Below are positions 18,061 through 26,901 of a stretch of DNA of 36,189 nucleotides, in pieces. Each line of letters begins with the position of its first letter. The stretch's first letter is position 1. The notes beneath the pieces were generated by a model. That model was not told where the DNA came from. It saw only the letters and a list, made by a program, of their open reading frames with translations, and searched no databases. The translations under genes were made by a program, and so were the position numbers. The DNA is from a virus (Duplodnaviria; Caudoviricetes): IMG/VR virus record IMGVR_UViG_3300005077_000086, positions 1 through 36,189 of that record; one strand, 5' to 3'.

Positions 18061-18777
18061 TTACCTCCACGCCGTATAATAAATTGTGTCACCAGACACG
18101 TTCAAGTCAGTATCCGCCCCAATGGTAAACCCGCCGTTGATCGTGGTACTGTCTCCATCCGCTATCGGTGTCACACCAAGACTGGTTATATAATTAACCA
18201 GATCATACGCATAAAAATTCGCGGTAACTCCAGTAGCATTAAAATTAGTTGTTGCTCCGACAAAAGTTGTGGCAGTATTAATTACCGTCACATACATTAT
18301 CGCAACGTGACTCGCCGTAGGACTTGCCAGGGCGGCCCTGACCGCTGTTATGGCCAACGCTTCAGTTGCGTACCCCGTTGCGTTGTTCGCGGCATCCTTA
18401 CCGGCACCAATAACACCGTCCGTCCCTATCTCAAACCCGAACGCCCCATATTTATTTATGGGAATCGTTGTCGCCGTCGGCGCGGTTCCAGCAGCAGTGG
18501 CGGTTTTATCATAGACCCTGCCGTTCAGCAGATAACTGAACGCAGCGTTGTAAACCTGATCTGCCGTTGTTGCTCTCGCCGGACGCGGACTCGTCAATAG
18601 ACCCTGCTGAAACGGGTGTTCCTTCCTCGCATACGCGTCTGTCATGTCCGAAGTCCATATCAGTTTCGTACACGATGTCGAATTCCACAGTTCAACCCGT
18701 GACGGAGTAAAGCCGAGCGTTACGTTTAACGAAGCACCAGTCCCGGTCGTCGTCCCTGTTATACATTGCTGTTCCAT
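18061..18777 (-). CDS. capsid decoration protein (long paralog with internal insertion)
   Basis: GTGASLNVTLGFTPSRVELWN…GFTIGADTDLNVSGDTIYYTAW; directly after the major capsid gene. Confidence 0.6.
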   Translation of the reverse strand: MEQQCITGTTTGTGASLNVTLGFTPSRVELWNSTSCTKLIWTSDMTDAYARKEHPFQQGLLTSPRPARATTADQVYNAAFSYLLNGRVYDKTATAAGTAPTATTIPINKYGAFGFEIGTDGVIGAGKDAANNATGYATEALAITAVRAALASPTASHVAIMYVTVINTATTFVGATTNFNATGVTANFYAYDLVNYITSLGVTPIADGDSTTINGGFTIGADTDLNVSGDTIYYTAWR

Positions 18778-18809
18778 TCTTTACCTCCTTTATTATTTAT
18801 TATGAACAC

Positions 18810-19817
18810 TTATGCAGAGCAACCATGCTCATACCTGTAAAGGAAGTTGTCGTTTAGGATGGCAACATCAGTGGTAAACTTAAAACCTGCACTCCTTCTC
18901 TGATTGAGCGGATCATTACCTTCACCAAGTTCTTTAATGATGAGTTCCATGGAACTGCCGGTGAGAGGCGTAATCCCGAACGAGTCTTTCGCGAATATTA
19001 TCGTGCAGTACAGGTCGCACGCGCTGTTCGCCGTAGTGTACTTCAGGTTGGCTGCCGTAGCAGAACCACCGCTGTCTGCCTTGATCTTCGCGTTGGTTGA
19101 CTCGATAAACCTGATTTTACTGTACGACCCTACCTCTCCGGGAAGTGCCTGTGAAGGATCGGAATACTCATGCACATTTATAAAACTGGTGGTAAGAATC
19201 GCCCTCAGATCATACGTGGTGTACGGGTGAATAACAGCAAAATAAGACGCTGAAATCGGCTTTGTTCCAACCTTGTCAGAACCAACAATGGGGTTCTCTT
19301 TCCATGGAGTTGCGTTATTCGCATCCAGGGCCCTGATTATTTTATTCAAATCAGCGGCAGAAAGTTTAGAAACAACACTGGTCGCACCGGCAACACCATT
19401 GGCATAATACACCGAAGTGCCGGCAGCCACTGTGTCGCGGACAATCTGGTCTTTCGTGGAGCCCATGGTTTCGCCAAGAACTTCTGAAAGCTCAGTGAGG
19501 AGCCTTTTCCCGTCATTACTGGTAAACGCCGCATAATCAGATATTTCAACGTATGTACCGTACTGCTGAAGCTGTCCGGTGACATCAGTTTTACTCCATG
19601 ACTGGGCGGTCGGAGTTACGCCTTCAGAAAGCGGGGCAAGAGGATTCGTCAACGCGCCGTACCGCCTCCATTTCGGCTGATCTCCTGAGTACATTTTTAC
19701 CGGGTACGGCTGTCCGAAACGCTCATACGCCAGTTCAGGAAGTGCCCTCCTGAGTAAATTACGATTATAAAACGTGCGATCCGCAGGTTCTATCTGAGTA
19801 GTAGTTGTAGTAGCCAT
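18810..19817 (-). CDS. major capsid protein, N4-gp56 family
   Basis: PLSEGVTP, LQQYGTYVEISD, GEVGSYSKIRFIES, DPLNQRRSAGFK motifs; follows the scaffold gene. Confidence 0.9.
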   Translation of the reverse strand: MATTTTTQIEPADRTFYNRNLLRRALPELAYERFGQPYPVKMYSGDQPKWRRYGALTNPLAPLSEGVTPTAQSWSKTDVTGQLQQYGTYVEISDYAAFTSNDGKRLLTELSEVLGETMGSTKDQIVRDTVAAGTSVYYANGVAGATSVVSKLSAADLNKIIRALDANNATPWKENPIVGSDKVGTKPISASYFAVIHPYTTYDLRAILTTSFINVHEYSDPSQALPGEVGSYSKIRFIESTNAKIKADSGGSATAANLKYTTANSACDLYCTIIFAKDSFGITPLTGSSMELIIKELGEGNDPLNQRRSAGFKFTTDVAILNDNFLYRYEHGCSA

Positions 19818-19827
19818 TATTTATCTC

Positions 19828-20553
19828 CTATAACAGCCCCATACGCTTCATCCTTTCTTTCTGGAACTCTTCTTCACTCGCTGAGTCCCAATAGTCTGAA
19901 CCGTCTTTTTTAGCGGTCTTCGACACGTTCGACAGCGTACCGGGCGAATTTAGATTTTTTTCAATTTTCTGTGATACTTTTTTTACGCCCTGGGCCACTT
20001 TACCTGCTGAAAAGTCAGGGTGAGTCATGCCGATTCGATACGCGAGTTCTGCTGGATTCGATGAGTGCATTATGGCGTTCAGCACACCGGGATCAGGGGC
20101 AATTCCCTTCCCTGGGTTCCCCTTGATTAACTCCGCTGTGTATGTCCCAAGCACACTATCATAATCACTGTACTTCTGTCTTGCTGCCGATTCCAGCGTA
20201 TTCAAATACTGCTGCCGGTAATTCGCCTCAAGACCCTGAAGACGCCTGTTTACCATCTCCTCAACAGCACCGTATGTCGTCAAATCTTCTGGATCATACT
20301 GTTTTTCAAGTTCCTGTTGAACCTTCTGCTGAGGCTGCTGGCTAAACGCCATCCTCTCGAAAAACTCGCTTCTCTCTCTCTGCCTGTTTAACTCTTCCCG
20401 AACTCTCTGAAGTTCAGTTAAAACGGCCTGTTCATTCGCCGGTTCTTCCGCTGTCTGTTCATCGACAACCCCGACTTCTTCCTGGGGGACGTCCTCAACG
20501 ACCTCCTCCTCGACTGACGGCGACTCAGTAATTACGCCCGTGTTTTCTTCCAA
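19828..20553 (-). CDS. capsid scaffolding protein
   Basis: Acidic N-terminus, coiled coil, SNPAELAYRIG motif; directly upstream of the capsid gene; TTG start after AGGAG. Confidence 0.75.
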   Translation of the reverse strand: MEENTGVITESPSVEEEVVEDVPQEEVGVVDEQTAEEPANEQAVLTELQRVREELNRQRERSEFFERMAFSQQPQQKVQQELEKQYDPEDLTTYGAVEEMVNRRLQGLEANYRQQYLNTLESAARQKYSDYDSVLGTYTAELIKGNPGKGIAPDPGVLNAIMHSSNPAELAYRIGMTHPDFSAGKVAQGVKKVSQKIEKNLNSPGTLSNVSKTAKKDGSDYWDSASEEEFQKERMKRMGLL

Positions 20554-20598
20554 GATTATGTCTCCTTGAAATTTATATTTACCCTCTCTCCGAAGGTT

Positions 20599-21015
20599 TT
20601 AATTTTCCAGTTCCTTGACATTTCTGAATCTCTCTAAAACTTCAATCTGTTCAGTCTTGTCCTTAAATATATTCCCGCCGTCCTCTTTCGGGGCAACCGG
20701 GGTATCTCTCCACGCGAACCTGTTCTTCATGTTAAATATCCAGAGAGTATTATTAAACTTATTATTATGCAGGTTTTCCCTGCCCTGCGCTATCCAGAAC
20801 GCTTCTGACAGCATTTTACCCTCTTCAAATGTCTCGTGATATTCAGTATAATCAACACACATCCTCGCGTGTATTTCCCTGCTGTATCCCTTCAGTCCAA
20901 ACTGTCTAACTGCCTCGATAACAGACATACCGCTGCCCATGCCTTCAATAACAAGCTCTCTCCAGTTCTTCGGGAGGTCTTCAATCGTGAATTTTCTCTT
21001 CGGGCCTCCGGGCAT
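20599..21015 (-). CDS. probable terminase small subunit
   Basis: N-terminal HTH-like region then SEAFW…LWIFNMKNRFAWRD motif typical of small terminases. Confidence 0.65.
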   Translation of the reverse strand: MPGGPKRKFTIEDLPKNWRELVIEGMGSGMSVIEAVRQFGLKGYSREIHARMCVDYTEYHETFEEGKMLSEAFWIAQGRENLHNNKFNNTLWIFNMKNRFAWRDTPVAPKEDGGNIFKDKTEQIEVLERFRNVKELEN

Positions 21016-22700
21016 TACTGCATCCTCCTCTGCTGTTGTTGTTGCTGTGCCATCATCTGCTGCTGCTGTTTCATCCTCGTGAGCATCTGTTCTTTCGTGC
21101 TTTTCGGTATATCCGCCAGTTCGATAATAGTCTCAGGGTCAACCTGTCCCCCGTACTGCTGATATTGCAGGAGTGCCTGAAGTGTCGCCAGGCGGTGGGT
21201 CGGAGAATCAACGGTCTCGTCAACAACAGCGTCATACCGTGAACCTTTCCTGAGTTCTTCAAAATTCTGAGGGAACGGTATGGCCGGCCCAAGAATACGC
21301 TGTATTTTACTTGTATCAAACCTGGTATTTATAATTTCAATCAACTGTCTTCCAAGACGTGTCTTCATCGCTGAAAGGTTATCAAATAACTCCTGGTGGC
21401 TGATAAGTCCCTGCTTCTGTCTGAGCTGTATGGCGATACCGGGGTCTTTCGCTTCACGCATCCCCAACAAATCAGGGTTCGCTCCGATCATCTTCATGTC
21501 TTCACCAAACGCCAATTCCAACTGCATCACGCTGTCGGGGAACGCAGGCGGCTGTATTCTCGTGAGTTCCTTTCCGGGGGTCTTCTCAATATACTTCCCC
21601 GCACCGCCTGAATTTATAGACTGAATATTATCAACAGCCCCTCTGTCTGCTATCCATCCACTCGAAGCAGTGGTATTAAGTATGTGTAGTATCTGTGATC
21701 TTCTTTTGTTCTTTTCCCTCTGCGCGTCTCTGAGTACCCGTACAATACCTGACAGTTTAATGTCCCAATCATCGTAACTTGACTCAAAAAATCCAAATAT
21801 CGGGTGGAATGGGTAATCACTGGTTTCATACGGATTTTTACCATCATACGCAACAATCCTCTCTTCGATAACCGTTGACAGCCGTATTTCAGGCATCCTC
21901 TTTTTAGCAACGACATACTCAGGGTGCATCATAACGAACGCTCCCAGTGTCTCCTCGTCCCCTTCCCATACTTCCATATCTCCGGGGTTCTGGGAGTTCA
22001 CCAGTACCGTCTTCGTCACATAGTCCCTGCGCCAGAGTTCCATGACCTTCAGCCTGTTCCCTGAATCATCAGGCATTTTAGGGTATTTTAATATCTCTCC
22101 GTCATCGTCAGGCCCTCCTTCGGCCTTCGCTATCTCTCCGCTTTTTTCAGGATACAGAAGTTTTAACTGGTCTTTATGTACGCGGGAGTGTCTGATTATA
22201 TACGCGCAATCACTCAAATCAGGCTGTGTCATCCCGGGATCAAGAAAAAAACTAAACGGACTTTCTCTCTTTATTATAACATCACCATTCAGAATATCAT
22301 AATCATACACAATACTGAGACTCAGCATCCCAAGACCGCCGATCAGCGCGTCCTTGAACGCCCCCGAAACTGCCATCTCTGCCAGCCGGTCTTTCGTCAT
22401 CCATTTAATTAACTGACTGTAAACTTCAGCGATATACTCATCGCCGCCTTCTATGGGATAAATCTTTATCGCTGTCCTATTCTGCCGTTCATGCCCTGAA
22501 ATCAAATCAACATTCTTCTTTATATAGTTTAAATTCAGAGCAGGTATTTTCTTTTTCAGGAGGATTTCTTCATCAGCAGCAGACCACTGTTTACTCAAAT
22601 AAAATCTGTAATCTTCATCGGACTCGTCAAAATACGAACGCCACGCGGAACGTGCCTCGTGGTAATAATCACCGACCATCTGTATTACGTCTTTACTCAT
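21015..22700 (-). CDS. portal protein (P22-like)
   Basis: DYRFYLSKQW…PALNLNYIKKNVDLISG…GIVRVLRDAQREKNKRRS; Gln-rich tail; directly after the large terminase. Confidence 0.9.
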   Translation of the reverse strand: MSKDVIQMVGDYYHEARSAWRSYFDESDEDYRFYLSKQWSAADEEILLKKKIPALNLNYIKKNVDLISGHERQNRTAIKIYPIEGGDEYIAEVYSQLIKWMTKDRLAEMAVSGAFKDALIGGLGMLSLSIVYDYDILNGDVIIKRESPFSFFLDPGMTQPDLSDCAYIIRHSRVHKDQLKLLYPEKSGEIAKAEGGPDDDGEILKYPKMPDDSGNRLKVMELWRRDYVTKTVLVNSQNPGDMEVWEGDEETLGAFVMMHPEYVVAKKRMPEIRLSTVIEERIVAYDGKNPYETSDYPFHPIFGFFESSYDDWDIKLSGIVRVLRDAQREKNKRRSQILHILNTTASSGWIADRGAVDNIQSINSGGAGKYIEKTPGKELTRIQPPAFPDSVMQLELAFGEDMKMIGANPDLLGMREAKDPGIAIQLRQKQGLISHQELFDNLSAMKTRLGRQLIEIINTRFDTSKIQRILGPAIPFPQNFEELRKGSRYDAVVDETVDSPTHRLATLQALLQYQQYGGQVDPETIIELADIPKSTKEQMLTRMKQQQQMMAQQQQQQRRMQ

Positions 22701-24301
22701 GCCGTCATCCAGCTTCCTGCGTTCATATTATCATTCATGTTCAACGGGTCTCCGTCAAACACCTCTCCTTTTATTACATACGACCTCGTGGGGAACGTCA
22801 CTCCCATGGCCGTGTCCAGTATTCTGCTCATGGCATCCAGCACATCATCGTGAGGACTGTACGGGAACGGTATATATTCTTCCCTCACAAATACTTCAGT
22901 CAAATCCTCAATATCCCCATCTTCAGTCTTATATATCAACGATCTCGGTATTATAAATCTCCCTTTCTGAAAATACGGCTGCAACGCCTTTATCCTTTCA
23001 GTCTTCGCTGACCGGGCCTGAAGCGGGATAATATTAAAATATACTCCCTCTTCTTCCTGCATCTGATTGATATAATCAATATCAGACTGCATCCCGACCT
23101 TCTCATACCCAACGTCTTTCACTCCCCATGACTGAATCAATTCTTTCAGCTTCTGCCACTTCTGACTCATGCTCAGCCTGTCTCGTATCATATCAACCAG
23201 CCAATAATTCCTAAGTGAATCAGTTCCTATCACGCACATTACCGTGTAATCACTGCCCTTCTTTTTACTCCCCGCCGGGTCAACAACGATATACAGGTTC
23301 ATGTACGGCCTGTCGCTTCTCCAGTATTTCAGCCAGTATTCCTTAAATCCCTGCATTGATTCCGCTGTCGGGTCCTGCAGCATCTGGGCTGAATATATAT
23401 ACTCTCCCTGTGTTTCGTACTTCTCTGTCAATTCATCTTCAGTGAGAAATACCGGAATACCGCATCGCTTCCGTACCCCCTCTTCATCAACTTCAGCAGG
23501 ATATACTCTCGGCTTCCACTTCTTTTGTTTCATCAGCTCGCCGTAGGAGTCCTTAAAACTAAACCGGGTTCCGATCATCCTTTTCGTACCGTCCCTTGTA
23601 CCCAGGTTCAGAGACAGCCTGAACGCGTCAGTGGCCTTTTTTACCATGTCCGGTGAGTTCACTGTCCGGTCGGTTATTATATCATCGTACACCATGACAC
23701 TGAAGTGCTTGCCAATCGGTGAGGAGTCTACCAGTCCCCACGCCTCAAAACTCGCTTCAGGAAAATTTTTTTTCCTCTTTACATACAGGCCCTCGTCCTC
23801 TGACCACTTCGGCGCATCCTTGAACGGATTATCATAAAATATATCAGGGAACGCCCGGTGCAGGAGTGTGTTCTGCTCAAGTTCATGCTTAATTCTTCTG
23901 AGGTGTGATTTCGCCAGCACCCGTGTATGAGAAAATATCGCGATACGTTCTTCCGGTGATTGTAATATCTGCCATATCGGAAGAGCGAAACTGAGGATAC
24001 TCGACTTAAAGTGTTCCCTGCTCCAGAGATCAATCGTGAAATTATAATCATCCTGAGACTGATATATCCTTGCTATAAGGAACGGGTGATTTACCGGCAT
24101 ACCGAGAACAAAATAACACAGAAAAAATAAATCCTGTTGACTCATCCATCTGACTGTTTTCAAATATCCTGCGTTATTTTTTGTCTCTTCACATTCATTG
24201 AGATACCGTGCCAGTTCAACATAATCAAACCTGTATTCATCTTCATGTATTCCCAGTTCTTTTAACTGAGGGTCTGCCGTCACAGGCTTGAATTCAAACA
24301 T
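22697..24301 (-). CDS. terminase large subunit
   Basis: Walker A variant SREHFKS, Walker B MVYDD, IGTRF, nuclease domain VDPA…SDYT…HDDVLDA. Confidence 0.92.
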   Translation of the reverse strand: MFEFKPVTADPQLKELGIHEDEYRFDYVELARYLNECEETKNNAGYLKTVRWMSQQDLFFLCYFVLGMPVNHPFLIARIYQSQDDYNFTIDLWSREHFKSSILSFALPIWQILQSPEERIAIFSHTRVLAKSHLRRIKHELEQNTLLHRAFPDIFYDNPFKDAPKWSEDEGLYVKRKKNFPEASFEAWGLVDSSPIGKHFSVMVYDDIITDRTVNSPDMVKKATDAFRLSLNLGTRDGTKRMIGTRFSFKDSYGELMKQKKWKPRVYPAEVDEEGVRKRCGIPVFLTEDELTEKYETQGEYIYSAQMLQDPTAESMQGFKEYWLKYWRSDRPYMNLYIVVDPAGSKKKGSDYTVMCVIGTDSLRNYWLVDMIRDRLSMSQKWQKLKELIQSWGVKDVGYEKVGMQSDIDYINQMQEEEGVYFNIIPLQARSAKTERIKALQPYFQKGRFIIPRSLIYKTEDGDIEDLTEVFVREEYIPFPYSPHDDVLDAMSRILDTAMGVTFPTRSYVIKGEVFDGDPLNMNDNMNAGSWMTA

Positions 24302-24313
24302 TCAATCTCCTCA

Positions 24314-24351
24314 AATGTTAGACACAACTAACATTCTTAGTCTAATCTAAC
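24314..24351. promoter_or_regulatory. two tandem operator-like palindromes GTTAG-N6-CTAAC over the late promoter
   Basis: AATGTTAG-ACACAA-CTAACATT (24314-24335) and CTTAG-TCTAAT-CTAAC (24336-24351). Confidence 0.55.
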
Positions 24352-24372
24352 AACTTTAAAAAAAAATGTCAA
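24344..24372 (-). promoter_or_regulatory. promoter of the late (terminase) operon
   Basis: Minus strand TTGACA(24372-24367)-17 bp-TAGATT(24349-24344); GAGGAG RBS before terL. Confidence 0.7.
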
Positions 24373-24387
24373 CTATTTTTTTATTTC

Positions 24388-24416
24388 TTGACAAGATAGA
24401 ACTATTCTACTATATT
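24388..24416 (+). promoter_or_regulatory. sigma70-type promoter, back-to-back with the late promoter
   Basis: TTGACA(24388-24393)-17 bp-TATATT(24411-24416). Confidence 0.75.
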
Positions 24417-24422
24417 ATATAC

Positions 24423-24495
24423 AGTTAATTAACTAATCCCCGGTAGGGTGTACCTTCCTTTAACCACCGATAACCACCATCCTGCCGGGGATATA
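24423..24495 (+). ncRNA. candidate trans-acting antisense hairpin RNA
   Basis: 15-bp stem 24436-24450/24478-24492 with two G-U pairs that form only on the + strand; loop GTGTACCTTCCTTTAACCAC is complementary to RBS regions at 25195-25208, 1502-1519 and ~25437-25448. Confidence 0.5.
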
Positions 24496-24502
24496 GACCA
24501 AA

Positions 24503-24721
24503 ATGAACATGATAAACAAAATAAAAGAAATTGTATCTTACGAAGAACCCCCCAGCCCGGATTTACAGCATGCTTATATATCCCATAAATACAACAACAT
24601 AACACATAATACTTTATATGGTAAAGAAATTATAGATTTAAGTGATAAACATAGAGAATTAATAATAATAGAAATTGTATCAAACTGCCAAATTGACAAT
24701 TCAGAAAAGTGCTTACCATGA
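24503..24721 (+). CDS. hypothetical protein
   Basis: 72-aa ORF downstream of the 24388 promoter; no clear RBS. Confidence 0.3.
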   Translation: MNMINKIKEIVSYEEPPSPDLQHAYISHKYNNITHNTLYGKEIIDLSDKHRELIIIEIVSNCQIDNSEKCLP

Positions 24722-25066
24722 TTGCTGGTTCTGAAACGTGCTTTTTGATGTTCCCTCGCCCCCTACGGGGCTCGGGCCCCCCCTCCCTCTAAAGCGCGCC
24801 TCTCCTCCTCAGCACTTGACCACAATAAAAATCAATTACCACAAAGCAGCAAATTATCACAGACAAAGCAAATTATCATATCTCACTACAATACAAGATA
24901 CTATACCATACTATACTTATTACTTACACATACAGGAATATCCCGGCGGGAAAAAGAAATCCCCGGCAACAATACCGAGGACAATCACAAGAGGAAACCT
25001 TACTCAATGCTAATACTCCAACAATATCAATACTACCACTCATCACAACAATGTCAATTCTTTTTT

Positions 25067-25082
25067 GTTAGTCTCGTCTAAC
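25067..25082. promoter_or_regulatory. third GTTAG-N6-CTAAC operator-like palindrome
   Basis: GTTAG-TCTCGT-CTAAC upstream of the 25129 promoter. Confidence 0.5.
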
Positions 25083-25128
25083 TTTTTGAATTTTTTTTTT
25101 AAAAAACATAACTTTTTTTATTTTTTGC

Positions 25129-25157
25129 TTGACAAAACCTAAGCGGTATTGTATATT
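25129..25157 (+). promoter_or_regulatory. early promoter
   Basis: TTGACA(25129-25134)-17 bp-TATATT(25152-25157), preceded by T/A tracts (UP-element-like). Confidence 0.75.
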
Positions 25158-25209
25158 ATTATCATTGAGAGTGGTTACTCAATAAACAAAATCAAAAGGA
25201 AGGTACACA

Positions 25210-25377
25210 ATGAGCACAACGCAAGCATCACAAAAAACAAGACTCTTTAACGGCTGCAGGGTTTTTATGATCCTAAAGAAGGGCCAGGAAGCTCTGGTGT
25301 CCTGCTCCAGGCAGGACGAAGAAACGAGGCTATTTTTAATGGGCCTTTTAAATGTTCGGAAAGTTATTTTCTGTTAA
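25210..25377 (+). CDS. 55-aa first early protein (absent from the ORF track)
   Basis: MSTTQASQKTRLFNGCRVFMILKKGQEALVSCSRQDEETRLFLMGLLNVRKVIFC*; AAAGGAAGG RBS. Confidence 0.55.
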   Translation: MSTTQASQKTRLFNGCRVFMILKKGQEALVSCSRQDEETRLFLMGLLNVRKVIFC

Positions 25378-25450
25378 GCCGCCCGGTTAAGCCGTGGCCG
25401 TCAATGGCACGGCGGCGAAGTCTCAAAAATTAAAATAAGGAAGGTGCAAA

Positions 25451-25852
25451 ATGAACGCAGTAATTAGAATCACAGAGTACTACCAAAATGATTGCCAACA
25501 CCCAATGGGAATCAAGGCAACAATCGAGACATATGTCGACGAAACCGGAGGATGGGACATGATCGGCACTCCAGAGGAGTGCGAAAAATGGCTCAAGGAA
25601 GAAAATAATAAACCGAGATACCTGGGGCATGGAGTAGCAGGCTATTATCACATAATATGTACCATCGACTGGGACGATCCTGATTATCAGGCATGGCTGG
25701 ATAATCAGGATTGGAACGGATGCCCGAGTGAGGACGGCGAGGATTATGACGCAAACTGTTTATGGGCGGAAAAACGAGCAATCCGGAACAAGAAAAACAT
25801 GATCGTCCAGGATCAAAACGGGAGACTGTATATAGTTTCTGAAAAAAAATAA
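25451..25852 (+). CDS. hypothetical acidic early protein
   Basis: 133 aa; TAAGGAAGG RBS. Confidence 0.65.
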   Translation: MNAVIRITEYYQNDCQHPMGIKATIETYVDETGGWDMIGTPEECEKWLKEENNKPRYLGHGVAGYYHIICTIDWDDPDYQAWLDNQDWNGCPSEDGEDYDANCLWAEKRAIRNKKNMIVQDQNGRLYIVSEKK

Positions 25853-25924
25853 TAACAAAGCCCGTGCCGGCCATCGTGGGAGGCCAACGGGCTCAGATCA
25901 TTACAATACAAGTGAGAGAACCGC

Positions 25925-26179
25925 ATGAATAAAAAAGAACTATCAGAAGCGGCCAGAATTCTGGGCCGTGCTGGAGGACTCGCGAAGTCAAAGAAGAAAG
26001 CCGAAGCCGTCAAAAAAAACGGCCGCCAGGGAGGAAGGCCGAGACAGTGGGAATACCTGGTCACAATAGGCGAGCACACTTTTTCCTTCTCGTCACGGCA
26101 GGACAGGGCAAATTTTATCCGGGACAAAGTAGTACCCAAAGGACTAAAATACAGTACATCAAAAAAAGAAATTCAATAA
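25925..26179 (+). CDS. small basic DNA-binding protein
   Basis: AARILGRAGG…KKAEAVKKNGRQGGRPR motif (AT-hook-like GRP), typical of phage early proteins. Confidence 0.6.
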   Translation: MNKKELSEAARILGRAGGLAKSKKKAEAVKKNGRQGGRPRQWEYLVTIGEHTFSFSSRQDRANFIRDKVVPKGLKYSTSKKEIQ

Positions 26180-26328
26180 CCATTATCACGCAGTAACTTT
26201 TTAATGGCCAGGCGGATTACTTCACTGGCCGTTATCCATTTCCCTGTTTTGTTACTCAAATCACGAGCGAGCAAATTTACTGCTTCCAGGTCTTCAACAG
26301 ATATTCTTATCTTCTTTTCTTTGTCCAT
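26173..26328 (-). CDS. ribbon-helix-helix (CopG/Arc-like) regulator (absent from the ORF track)
   Basis: MDKEKKIRISVEDLEAVNLLARDLSNKTGKWITASEVIRLAIKKLLRDNGY*: beta-strand KKIRIS plus SEVIRLAI helix. Confidence 0.6.
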   Translation of the reverse strand: MDKEKKIRISVEDLEAVNLLARDLSNKTGKWITASEVIRLAIKKLLRDNGY

Positions 26329-26407
26329 GACCTGTTTACCAGATGCCACCAGACTGCACAGGAGCCACGGAGAGCGTATTTATTTCAAAAACCATAGTCA
26401 GATACCC

Positions 26408-26569
26408 CTAAAACGAACAGGCCCTTAGAACCTGCACACTTAACATATTCTGTATTGTTCTATAATTGTACCGCCGGGGGAGCATGGACGCTGATTGTAG
26501 AACCACAGACACTTTCTTCTGAAGAATCCCCCGCTCTTTTCTATATTTTTTTATTCTGTTACCATACAT
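26408..26569 (-). pseudogene. remnant of an Xre/cI-type HTH repressor
   Basis: MYGNRIKKYRKERGILQKKVS resembles HTH_3 helices 1-2, then loses similarity; divergent from the 26637 promoter. Confidence 0.35.
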
Positions 26570-26636
26570 TATTATCAAATAATACTATATCACATAGCAA
26601 AACAACAAAAAAAATTAAAATATCATAAAAAAATTC

Positions 26637-26665
26637 TTGACTAAATATCGAGATTTCGATATTAT
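26637..26665 (+). promoter_or_regulatory. promoter of the replication operon with overlapping palindromic operator
   Basis: TTGACT-17 bp-TATTAT; AATATCGA-GATT-TCGATATT (26644-26663) covers the spacer and -10. Confidence 0.65.
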
Positions 26666-26722
26666 GATGAGACATAAGACAAGAATATCGGTTAAACATA
26701 AACATTTTTAGCGAGGTTTGAT

Positions 26723-26875
26723 ATGAACAATATTACATTCCGGTGTGACGAAAAAATCAAAAAAATATATAAACAATTGCTTCAGCAAAACGGAATAAAA
26801 ATGAAATGGGATATGGAGCAACAGGTAATAAGACGCATTGAGGAGCTAAAACTTGAAAACAAAAAAAATAATTAA
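26723..26875 (+). CDS. small ribbon-helix-helix-like regulator (absent from the ORF track)
   Basis: MNNITFRCDEKIKKIYKQLLQQNGIKMKWDMEQQVIRRIEELKLENKKNN*; GAGG RBS; ITFR strand. Confidence 0.55.
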   Translation: MNNITFRCDEKIKKIYKQLLQQNGIKMKWDMEQQVIRRIEELKLENKKNN

Positions 26876-26901
26876 ATTATATAAGCTGCTGGAGGAAATC
26901 A

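Noticed and set aside
21020-21075. CAG/CAA (poly-Gln) repeat
   Set aside because: Ordinary Gln-rich C-terminus of a P22-like portal protein.
24738-25013. 91-aa GTG-start ORF
   Set aside because: Composition reflects the skewed non-coding tract; no RBS.
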